64,000 nt of DNA from Candidatus Oxydemutator sp. (GTDB lineage: Bacteria; Pseudomonadota; Gammaproteobacteria; Poriferisulfidales; Oxydemutatoraceae), in contig OZ241883.1 in NCBI GenBank assembly GCA_965203445.1, forward strand, positions 1,024,001 through 1,088,000, written 5' to 3'. Shown one piece after another: positions 8,960 through 16,709 of the stretch. The notes beneath the pieces were generated by a model. It made no database searches. It was given only the letters and a program-made list of their open reading frames with translations, and had not been told where the DNA came from. The translations under genes and the position numbers were made by a program. Each line of letters begins with the position of its first letter. Positions within the stretch are counted from its first letter, which is position 1.

Positions 8960-9628
8960 TTAATCGGATATAGTTTTCACAACATCGTAATCTTCGATAT
9001 TGCCATTTATATATTCTGCCTTTTTAAGATACTTCTCACTATCTGCTATAAAGTCATACCATTTTACTGAATCTATGTATGAATGGAATCCAGTGTAAAC
9101 TGTTCTAGGCGAATGATATTTACAATCTGAAAAGGTCGGAGCTTTCACATTGAACATGTTGTTCCTTAGTATTCCGAACAAAGTGTCTATTTTCAATGTT
9201 CTGCAATTACAGTGGAGGCAAGTATTTTCTTTAAGATAGTACCTGTAATCAGAGTTATAGTCTGGCAACACTATCGCCAGCATCGCATTGGCGTGACTTG
9301 TGCGGTCATTGCGTGAAATTTCTTTGAGAGAGTATGAAACTTCCCAAGGTATCCACTGGTCAGATTCGTTGTTATAAGGATCTTTCATACAGGGCGAAAT
9401 AAAAACGAGTGTCATACTGCTATCGTATATCTTATCTTTCAGATGAGTGGCAATAGTTTCATCTTTGAATTGGCTCAGGTCTTCATTGCCTTCTCCCTTG
9501 TAGATTTCATCTCCTTTGAATAACTTGATTAACTCGTCCACATAGCCGCGTGCAGTAGTGGCTATACCGTTCAAAGGTGCAACGGTGCTATCGTTATGCT
9601 TGTACGTAACGAATATCTTTCTAGCCAT
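8960..9628 (-). CDS. TIR domain protein, ThsB-like, longer form
   Basis: RKIFVTYKH...LKDKIYDSSMTLVFISP...DQWIPWEVSYSL; includes a CxxCxC stretch. Confidence 0.85.
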   Translation of the reverse strand: MARKIFVTYKHNDSTVAPLNGIATTARGYVDELIKLFKGDEIYKGEGNEDLSQFKDETIATHLKDKIYDSSMTLVFISPCMKDPYNNESDQWIPWEVSYSLKEISRNDRTSHANAMLAIVLPDYNSDYRYYLKENTCLHCNCRTLKIDTLFGILRNNMFNVKAPTFSDCKYHSPRTVYTGFHSYIDSVKWYDFIADSEKYLKKAEYINGNIEDYDVVKTISD

Positions 9629-9640
9629 TTTTATTTTCCT

Positions 9641-9724
9641 TTACTCCCCCCACCACAAATAGGGTTTGAGCAGGGCTATGAAGTGTTGTTTTTCTTCTGC
9701 GGTCATTTTGGCGGGGTTGATTTT
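9641..9724 (-). repeat. Direct-repeat copy of the last 84 bp of mod
   Basis: 80/84 identical to 11606-11689; reads ...INPAKMTAEEKQHFIALLKPYLWWGE* versus mod ...TNPAKMTAEEKQHFITLLKPYLWWGE*. Confidence 0.95.
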
Positions 9725-11601
9725 CAGAGTTTAGCATTACTTGAAGCTTGGGCTTCAGCTTCCGCTGGAATTATTTCCTTCAACAAATCAAATATTACTT
9801 GGAAATGTTTGAAGTCATCAGGTGTTCCATTCTCGCAAAGCCAGTTACAAAGATTGTCCTTTTCATGCTCGTTGATATTCCATTCCTCCGGGATTATTTT
9901 TTCTTCTCCTCGTTCGATCTTTGGGTGTTCCGGAGTAATGTCTATGAATGCAGGTTTGCTTTCTATTGCCTTTTGCAAGGTTGCTTTCTCGAATAGATTT
10001 TCAATACCTTTCTTCAAGGGATGATCTTTCTGTTCAGGAATGTTTAGTCTAATTACATTCCCCTCGGCTTCCTCTTTCGGTTCATCACAATCATAGAGAA
10101 GCATTACCTTCTTATGCTCAATTATTTCGGAAAGTTTAGAAGAACGTCTGTATTTCCAAATATTACTCAAATTCCCATGCCCGCCTCCGTCTTTTAATTG
10201 AACCCTTTCCAGGAACTCTTTTTCATTAAGCAATTCTGCCGCTCGCTCCAAATATTTTATGTCAGTCTTTCCCTCCATGAATACAATGGGGTTTTGGGCC
10301 TCGCGGATCGCTTGTTGAATGGCATCCAAAAATGTTTTGGTCCTGGTAAGGGAATCATAGGCGTTGCCAAATTCGCCGAATTCCTCCGGACTGATCTGCC
10401 GCCCCTGGGGCAACTCGTACAGGGCGAACCCATCTGTCCCTAAGGCTTTTTCCATTCCGAGTACAAACAACGGGGAATGGGTGGTAACAATGAATTGAAC
10501 CCGTGGAAACATTTGTATCAGTTTAGGCAGCACTTTATATTGGTGAACAGCATGCAAGTGCAGGTCAATCTCATCAACAACGACAATGCCACGCACGTTG
10601 TCGGCGTTAGTAAAAGATGCTTTAGATAAATCAAAATCCCGGAGGATGGATAAGAACAGATTCAACAGCGAAGTTTCTCCACTGGATAATTGGAAAATAT
10701 TTGGGACAAGAGTTTGATTGTTATGCATCAAAGAAACTTGTCTGTTCTGCCTATTGCCAATTCCTAACCGTAAATTTTCATCCGCCTGAAAGATAACCTG
10801 AATAATACTAAGGACAATTGCATAAAGAGAATTTGCCGGTCCCTGGTATCCAAGCAATAGAGGCAGATTCACACTATGCGCGGGCTGATTGTTAGAATGT
10901 TTTGGATTAGCAACGGATACAGAGACAGGCCGGGTATGCATTTCAAAAACAGAATAGTCGTAAATCAGATCAAATAACCAGTTTCGATTATGGGAGAGAG
11001 GGGAATACTGAATAATTCTGCGATCGGTATATCCTTGCATATGCCTCATATCTGTATATTCAGCTTTGCTTCTTAAGTTCTCTTTATTCAGCCATGCGGG
11101 TTCCTCAAATCTATCAGGCGGGAAATAGAGAATACAGCTACTTTCAAAAATCTTTTTTAGAGCATCATTTTGAGTAGAAATGCTCCCATCGATCCAATCT
11201 GCTCCCGCATCAGAGATACCACTCCATAATTGATCAATGCTATCAGCACAAAATGAAGGCTTTTGAGAAAAATCTTTCTTTGATCGAATTAAACATAATT
11301 CTTGAAGATATAAATTTTGTTCGAAATCCACTTTTGCATAGGAATATTCATCTCCTAACCTGATGTAGAAAGGAGACCGTAGCTTGTACACTCTATTCTG
11401 TTCCATCTCGCTATTTTCAGGATAAATGACGCTTTGCGCTGACATCAAACCATTGACAATATGAGACAAGAGAATGCTTTTGCCCGAACCATTTTTACCA
11501 ACCAGTAAAACCGGTTGGGGATTGTCCCCGGCGAAAGGGAAGGTAATATCAAGATGGTCAATCGGACCATAGTTTTCTATTTGAATTCTTTTGGTGTACA
11601 T
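9724..11601 (-). CDS. ABC/AAA_21-type ATPase with C-terminal TOPRIM-like domain (OLD-like architecture)
   Basis: Walker A GKNGSGKS, signature LSSGE, Walker B/D-loop VVDEIDLHLH, TTHSP; TOPRIM-like FMEGKTD...LYDCD; AT-rich. Confidence 0.85.
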   Translation of the reverse strand: MYTKRIQIENYGPIDHLDITFPFAGDNPQPVLLVGKNGSGKSILLSHIVNGLMSAQSVIYPENSEMEQNRVYKLRSPFYIRLGDEYSYAKVDFEQNLYLQELCLIRSKKDFSQKPSFCADSIDQLWSGISDAGADWIDGSISTQNDALKKIFESSCILYFPPDRFEEPAWLNKENLRSKAEYTDMRHMQGYTDRRIIQYSPLSHNRNWLFDLIYDYSVFEMHTRPVSVSVANPKHSNNQPAHSVNLPLLLGYQGPANSLYAIVLSIIQVIFQADENLRLGIGNRQNRQVSLMHNNQTLVPNIFQLSSGETSLLNLFLSILRDFDLSKASFTNADNVRGIVVVDEIDLHLHAVHQYKVLPKLIQMFPRVQFIVTTHSPLFVLGMEKALGTDGFALYELPQGRQISPEEFGEFGNAYDSLTRTKTFLDAIQQAIREAQNPIVFMEGKTDIKYLERAAELLNEKEFLERVQLKDGGGHGNLSNIWKYRRSSKLSEIIEHKKVMLLYDCDEPKEEAEGNVIRLNIPEQKDHPLKKGIENLFEKATLQKAIESKPAFIDITPEHPKIERGEEKIIPEEWNINEHEKDNLCNWLCENGTPDDFKHFQVIFDLLKEIIPAEAEAQASSNAKL

Positions 11602-11605
11602 CTTC

Positions 11606-14230
11606 TTACTCCCCCCACCACAAATAGGGTTTGAGCAGGGTTATGAAGTGTTGTTTTTCTTCGGCGGTCATTTTAGCGGGGTTGGTTTTTTCGGTGGTGC
11701 CGTCGGCGAAGGTTACCTGGTCGGCGGTGCGGCGGCGGATGGGTTTGCCGAGGGCGTTGGAGAAGGATTCGGCGATGTCCAAGTCGGGGTACAGGTCGTG
11801 GAGGTTGATTTCGAGCCTTTCTTTGTTCACCACTTGGACGGCGTGGGCGAGTTTGTCGTCGTTGAAGAAGACGTATTGCTCGAACGGGGATTTGAGGCTG
11901 TCTATTTCTATTTGTTCGCCGTCTTTGTAGTGCGAGTTTTTGAGGGTTTCCTCGTATTGTTCCAGGGTGTAGTACTTGAGGCAGTGGCTGCTGCCTTCAC
12001 GCGATACAGGCTGGCCGTCTTTCCAGTCTTTGGAATATACGACTTTCTTGATGCGCGGGAGCAGGACGGTATGGAAGTAATCGCCCATTTCGACGAGCAG
12101 GTATTTGCGGTTGCCGCCGTCTTCTCTGTTCAGGTTGATGACGGCATGGGCGGTGGTGCCGGAACCGGCGAAAAAATCTAAAACCACCTCCTTATCCTCG
12201 TGAACGCAAGACTTTATACAGTCCTCAACGTTATAAATTGATTTTGGATAAGAAAAAGTGCCTGCTTTACCCATGATGGCGGTAAGAAGATTACTTCCAT
12301 GCACACCAGCGTTATACTTTTTGTCAGTCCAGTTACTAAAAATTGGTCGCCGTCGGTCAGTTTCCTCAATGAGTTGGTAAATGGACATACCATTTTTGCA
12401 GATAATGTTCCCTTTCTTATTTTCATTGAGAAAAGATTTGTAGGAACGACGCCATACACGTTCTGTTCCGTCCGTGCCAATGGGATATATGCGAATCCAC
12501 CCCTCAGATGTGTTTTCTTCAGGATAGTCAGCGCCCTGTGGAGGCTCTTCGGCACCCATGACCTTGAAATTTTTGGGGTTCACCAGGATCGCATAAAAGC
12601 TATTCGGACGGCCAATACGCAAATTACTTTCGGCTGTACCAGTTCGGACAAAGCCGCGCTCAGTCTGTCCTATGTCTTTCTTTTCTCCTCGTAGTATCTT
12701 TACATCCGGTGGGGTCATAAAAATCGCATACTCGTGGGTACAAGATATGTTTGTTCCCTCTAGTCCCGCTCCGGCCGGATGATGATTGACAACTACCATA
12801 TTCCGTTCCCACATTGGCAAGCAAATTTCCAAAAGGTGGGAAAGAAGTACCATTTCGGTATCATCAATTGCTGCAATAAAGACGCCTTCAGTCATTAAGG
12901 TGGATGCCGAATGAACGATTCTATTCTCCAGCAATGTTATCCATGAAGAATTTTTGTATCCGTTTTTGTAGGCAATTTCAGATGCGTCGGTGTTATACGG
13001 CGGATCAATATAAATGCACTTCACCTTCCCCCGATACCGCCTCTGCAAAGTGTTCAGCGCCTGCCAATTTTCGCTGTGCACGAGTTCGCCGTCCAGGGCT
13101 TCGTCCAGGTTGCCGAGGGCGTCTAAAATCTCCAGTTCCAAATCTTTGAAATGTCTGGTGTCCAGGGGGAGGTGTTGCCATTTTTCCTTCGCCCCTGCCC
13201 CTTTCCCAGAGGGAGATAAGTTGAATCCGTTCTCCACCATGCCCAGTTGGCGCCATTCTTTTGTCTGCGCTTTGATGCCCTTGTGTTCGGTGATTTTCTT
13301 CAGTAGTTTGGCGGGCAGTTTGTCCAGCGTCACCACGTAATGCACGCCGCGCACGAACTTCGGTTTTTCCCACGCGCGCCGCAGTTCATCCTCGAACTGG
13401 GCGATGAAGTCTATGACGTCGTAGGCGGTTTTCTGGATCGCCTGTAATTGCTTGACCCTTTCCGCCTCGAAGATGCTTTCCTCTCTGAACATGAATTGAT
13501 ACAGCCACAGGTCGAACTGCTCGCGCAGAAAGCCGCGCGCGTCCTTGTTGATAAAGAAGTCCACTTCGGTCTGCCCGCGGAAGACGCGAAAGGCCTTTTC
13601 CAGTTCATCCTCGCTCAGCCGCAGGCGGCTTTTGCGCGCCTGTCTGATAATGTCGTCGGACTTGGTCTTTTTTCCTTTCTCGGAGTAGGAGACTTTCAGG
13701 TGCAGAACCGGCCATCCGTCTGCGTCGTCCACTTTGTCGAACGCAAACACGAACTCGCGCTTTTCGTTGTTGCGCTTGTGCTCGATTTCGGTGGCGTCGA
13801 AGTAAAACCGCCTGATGTCTCCCAAGTGGTCGCGTTCGGGCAGCTTCACCGGCATCGAGCGCACCAGCACGTCGGACTTTACGTAGTAGAGCATCTGCGT
13901 TTTCCACGCCAGGGCCACGTCCTTGTCGTCGGCATAGACGCGCTCGTACGTCTTGGCGAAGGCCGGCAGGTGGCGGAAATAGATCGAGCCGCTCTCGCTG
14001 AAATAACGCCTGAAGAACGTCCATAGCTTGTCGAACAATTCCTCGCGGAAACTGGTTTCCGGTGCGGCGCGTCGGTCTATGGCCGCCATCAGCATGGGCT
14101 GGATGGACTCGAAGTATTGGCGCTTGATGCGCATCAGATTGACGAAGCCGGAGTCGCCTTCCACCTCGGCCCCGATGAACAGCGCCTCGAGCGCGTCTAA
14201 AAACCGTTTTTCTTTGTGTCCGATGGCCAT
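11606..14230 (-). CDS. mod: Type III R-M DNA methyltransferase (Mod), beta class
   Basis: HSENWQAL, motif IV IYIDPPYNT preceding motif I LDFFAGSGTT, with an AT-richer target-recognition region between them (about 12180-13010). Confidence 0.92.
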   Translation of the reverse strand: MAIGHKEKRFLDALEALFIGAEVEGDSGFVNLMRIKRQYFESIQPMLMAAIDRRAAPETSFREELFDKLWTFFRRYFSESGSIYFRHLPAFAKTYERVYADDKDVALAWKTQMLYYVKSDVLVRSMPVKLPERDHLGDIRRFYFDATEIEHKRNNEKREFVFAFDKVDDADGWPVLHLKVSYSEKGKKTKSDDIIRQARKSRLRLSEDELEKAFRVFRGQTEVDFFINKDARGFLREQFDLWLYQFMFREESIFEAERVKQLQAIQKTAYDVIDFIAQFEDELRRAWEKPKFVRGVHYVVTLDKLPAKLLKKITEHKGIKAQTKEWRQLGMVENGFNLSPSGKGAGAKEKWQHLPLDTRHFKDLELEILDALGNLDEALDGELVHSENWQALNTLQRRYRGKVKCIYIDPPYNTDASEIAYKNGYKNSSWITLLENRIVHSASTLMTEGVFIAAIDDTEMVLLSHLLEICLPMWERNMVVVNHHPAGAGLEGTNISCTHEYAIFMTPPDVKILRGEKKDIGQTERGFVRTGTAESNLRIGRPNSFYAILVNPKNFKVMGAEEPPQGADYPEENTSEGWIRIYPIGTDGTERVWRRSYKSFLNENKKGNIICKNGMSIYQLIEETDRRRPIFSNWTDKKYNAGVHGSNLLTAIMGKAGTFSYPKSIYNVEDCIKSCVHEDKEVVLDFFAGSGTTAHAVINLNREDGGNRKYLLVEMGDYFHTVLLPRIKKVVYSKDWKDGQPVSREGSSHCLKYYTLEQYEETLKNSHYKDGEQIEIDSLKSPFEQYVFFNDDKLAHAVQVVNKERLEINLHDLYPDLDIAESFSNALGKPIRRRTADQVTFADGTTEKTNPAKMTAEEKQHFITLLKPYLWWGE

Positions 14231-14264
14231 CTGCCTTACCCTAAGTTTTCAAGCACGTCCTCTT

Positions 14265-14287
14265 AAAAGGAATTATCAGAGGTTCCC
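14265..14287. repeat. IS-end-like repeat, copy of the right end of the 14636-14722 element
   Basis: aaaaggaattatcagaggttccc versus aaaaggaattctcaagaggttccc at 14699-14722. Confidence 0.6.
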
Positions 14288-14293
14288 TTGCGC

Positions 14294-14599
14294 TTAACGC
14301 CAATAATTATTGGCGATGGCGATAGTTTTGAATTCTATGGCGACCAGCTCCGTTGCCTGCATCAACAATGCAGGATCATCCTGGTATTTCTGGCGGACCG
14401 CCATTTTTATGCCTGAGTCTCGCTGAATGGTGCCTATGGTTTTTCTGACTATTTTTATAGCGAGCATGCGTCCCTCAAGGGGCGTTTTGGTAATGAGGCT
14501 CGGCATGTAATCCGCAGGTTTCTTGGCCTCTTCGGCATATCCGATGGTTCCGACGAACAAAAAAGGCAGGATAAATATGGTTTTCAGCATACGACGCAT
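14294..14599 (-). CDS. Hexameric tyrosine-coordinated heme protein (HTHP) family with signal peptide
   Basis: PSLITKTPLEGRMLAIK...KYQDDP...EFKTIAIANNYWR matches the HTHP pattern as I recall it; hydrophobic N-terminal leader ending GYA. Confidence 0.75.
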   Translation of the reverse strand: MRRMLKTIFILPFLFVGTIGYAEEAKKPADYMPSLITKTPLEGRMLAIKIVRKTIGTIQRDSGIKMAVRQKYQDDPALLMQATELVAIEFKTIAIANNYWR

Positions 14600-14635
14600 T
14601 GTGTACTCTCCTATAGTTCTGGTTTGGGAATTGCA

Positions 14636-14722
14636 GGGAATCTCTAAAAACCCCCTGTATCAGTTTTCATTATAAGCCCTTGCCATTACTCGACTTGAAA
14701 AAGGAATTCTCAAGAGGTTCCC
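14636..14722. mobile_element. Putative MITE or IS remnant (87 bp) with terminal inverted repeats
   Basis: Ends gggaatctct...agaggttccc (9/10 inverted match); no transposase in the window. Confidence 0.5.
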
Positions 14723-14784
14723 GCTAATCCTTCGCGGATTTTTCGTTGTGCTTGCGCGGCCGGATCAGCCTGGTCTTGATGGTG

Positions 14785-16494
14785 TCAGTTTTCGCCATTG
14801 GTTGAATCTCCCGAGATCTGCTTCAGGCGTTTTTTTCCTGCCTGCGTCAGGCGGTAGCGCTGCTTGCTGCTGCGCGGCTTGTCCGGGATGGTCATTTCGA
14901 TCAGGCCGGCTTGCAAGGCAGGGAGCAGATAGACTTCGCTGAAGTGCTCCCGGTGTTTCAGGCCAAGAGCCTCCTGGAGGCTTTGCCTGGTCATTTCCCC
15001 CGACAGCATCCGTAGTAGTCGGACTTCCGGAGTATCCTGCTCGGCGACTTGTCCGGTGACTTGCTCGGTGACTTGCTCGGTGACTTGCCCGGTGACTTGC
15101 CCGGTGACTTGCCCGGTGACTTGCCCGGTGACTTGCCCGGTCACTTGCTCGGTGACTTGCTCGGTGACTTGTCCGGTGGCTTGCTCGGTGGCTTGCTCGG
15201 CGACTTGTCCGGTGACTTGCTCGGTAGCTTGTCCGGTGACTTGTCCGGTGACTTGTCCGGTGACTCGTCCGGTGGCTTCCGGGGAGACTTCCGGGGGCAC
15301 TTGAGGGGTAGTTTGGGGGACGACTTCCGGGGTCGCCCGATCCTCCCCCGATACCTCCTGAATCTCCCGAACTTCTGGGTTCGGGCGGAAGGTGACGGTG
15401 ACGAAATTGCCGGCCACGAACTCCGGCTTCGGGCAGTCCTGCGCCTTCGCGCCGTCCCGGATGCGACGGATCCCCGTGCCCGCTTTCTCGATGAAGTCAA
15501 TGCGGTGGAGCAGGTCGGCGATGAGCGGGTTGCGGCGGATGCTCATGCGCCCGAGGTCGGTCAGGGCCAGGCCCTTGGGCAGGCCGCCGGGGCTGATCAC
15601 CTCGATCCGATCCGCGTAGACCTCGACGAAGACGTTGGCGCCGTCGAAGAACCAGTCGCGGTGCATGACCGCGTTGGTGATCGCCTCGCGCACCGCCTCC
15701 ATCGGGTACTCCGGGATGTTCTGTCGCCGCAAGCCCTCGATGCGGTAGGCGGTGCGGGTGTTGCGCTCGACGAAGCGCATGGCGTCCTCGACGTCGGCCA
15801 CGATGCCGCCGTCGAAGTCTTTGCGGTCCAGGATGTGCACCTTGTCGGTGCCCCGCCCCAGCAGGCAGGTGACGTACGCCTCCGGGAAGAAACGACGCAC
15901 TTTCCTGGCGAAGAAGAGCACGCCCGCGTTGCGGAAGAGCAGCCCGTCGCCGGTGCGCTCGGCGACCTCGATGTTGACCAGCACGTCCTCGACCGGCGGC
16001 TTTCCGGTGATGCCGGACAGGGCGAGCCAGGCGTCGAACTTCTCGCGGTCGAAATCCTCCGGGTAGCGGAAGCGGGGGCAGGGGGAGAGATCGAACCGGA
16101 TCACGCCCTCGGTGCGGAAGAAATCGCGGATCTTGTCACGGCTCATCTTCTGGGTCATCGCTCCTTGACGCCAGAAGAAGCCGTCTCTGCACTGCACCGG
16201 CTTGGCGTCGCTCTCGCGGACGTGGACCACGAGCACCCCGGCCACCGGCTCCACCAGCACCTTCACCGCCGGATCGCAGTTGCGGGCGATGTCCTGGACG
16301 CGGGCGCGCAGGGCGTTGGTGTCATTCGCCCCGATCACGTCGCCGTCGTCACGCACGCCGAGGAGGATCTTCCCGCCGACAGTGTTGGCCAGAGCCACGA
16401 CCTCGCGCGCGAACGACGAAGACAGGCGTTCCTTGAACTCCAGCGTGGTGCCTTCGCCCTGCTGGACAAGAATTGCAAGATCGGTCGGTTTCAT
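14785..16494 (-). CDS. AlbA_2 plus HATPase_c_4 protein with repeat linker and C-terminal HTH
   Basis: Start moved to ATG 16494 (MKPTDL...[10 protein letters not shown]...VALANTVGG); [25 protein letters not shown]; C-terminus [29 protein letters not shown]. Confidence 0.85.
   Translation of the reverse strand: MKPTDLAILVQQGEGTTLEFKERLSSSFAREVVALANTVGGKILLGVRDDGDVIGANDTNALRARVQDIARNCDPAVKVLVEPVAGVLVVHVRESDAKPVQCRDGFFWRQGAMTQKMSRDKIRDFFRTEGVIRFDLSPCPRFRYPEDFDREKFDAWLALSGITGKPPVEDVLVNIEVAERTGDGLLFRNAGVLFFARKVRRFFPEAYVTCLLGRGTDKVHILDRKDFDGGIVADVEDAMRFVERNTRTAYRIEGLRRQNIPEYPMEAVREAITNAVMHRDWFFDGANVFVEVYADRIEVISPGGLPKGLALTDLGRMSIRRNPLIADLLHRIDFIEKAGTGIRRIRDGAKAQDCPKPEFVAGNFVTVTFRPNPEVREIQEVSGEDRATPEVVPQTTPQVPPEVSPEATGRVTGQVTGQVTGQATEQVTGQVAEQATEQATGQVTEQVTEQVTGQVTGQVTGQVTGQVTGQVTEQVTEQVTGQVAEQDTPEVRLLRMLSGEMTRQSLQEALGLKHREHFSEVYLLPALQAGLIEMTIPDKPRSSKQRYRLTQAGKKRLKQISGDSTNGEN
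15035..15274. repeat. In-frame 12-bp tandem repeat, about 20 units (TGQV/TEQV)
   Basis: Repeated gacttg(ccc/ctc/tcc)ggt units; boundaries approximate. Confidence 0.92.
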
Positions 16495-16584
16495 GAGAAT
16501 TTCCGCGCTCCTCCGATAACTGTATGTCTCAGCACTTCCCGGATACGTCCGGAAGCAACCTCGAGGACGCAATGTTATCGCATT

Positions 16585-16622
16585 GTCGGCAATAATCAGT
16601 GGAAATTCCGACGAACGGCATC
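16585..16622. repeat. 38-bp intergenic element, copy 2
   Basis: gtcggcaataatcagtggaaattccgacgaacggcatc; same orientation as 382-419. Confidence 0.8.
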
Positions 16623-16709
16623 GGAACCAAGCCGACTATGTAGAAAGCATGGATGCGCGGCATTTTGCCCGTCGCTGCCGCTTCTGGTCTTTGCGGCGAA
16701 TCGGGTAGT

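Noticed and set aside
3432-11605. Integron cassette array
   Set aside because: No IntI gene and no recognisable attC (RYYYAAC...GTTRRRY) sites between the genes.
11606-14230. Phase-variable mod (phasevarion)
   Set aside because: No long simple-sequence repeat in the 5' coding region; only a G6 tract at the extreme 3' end.
15035-15274. Possible CRISPR array
   Set aside because: Contiguous 12-bp units with no unique spacers, in frame within a CDS, and no cas genes.
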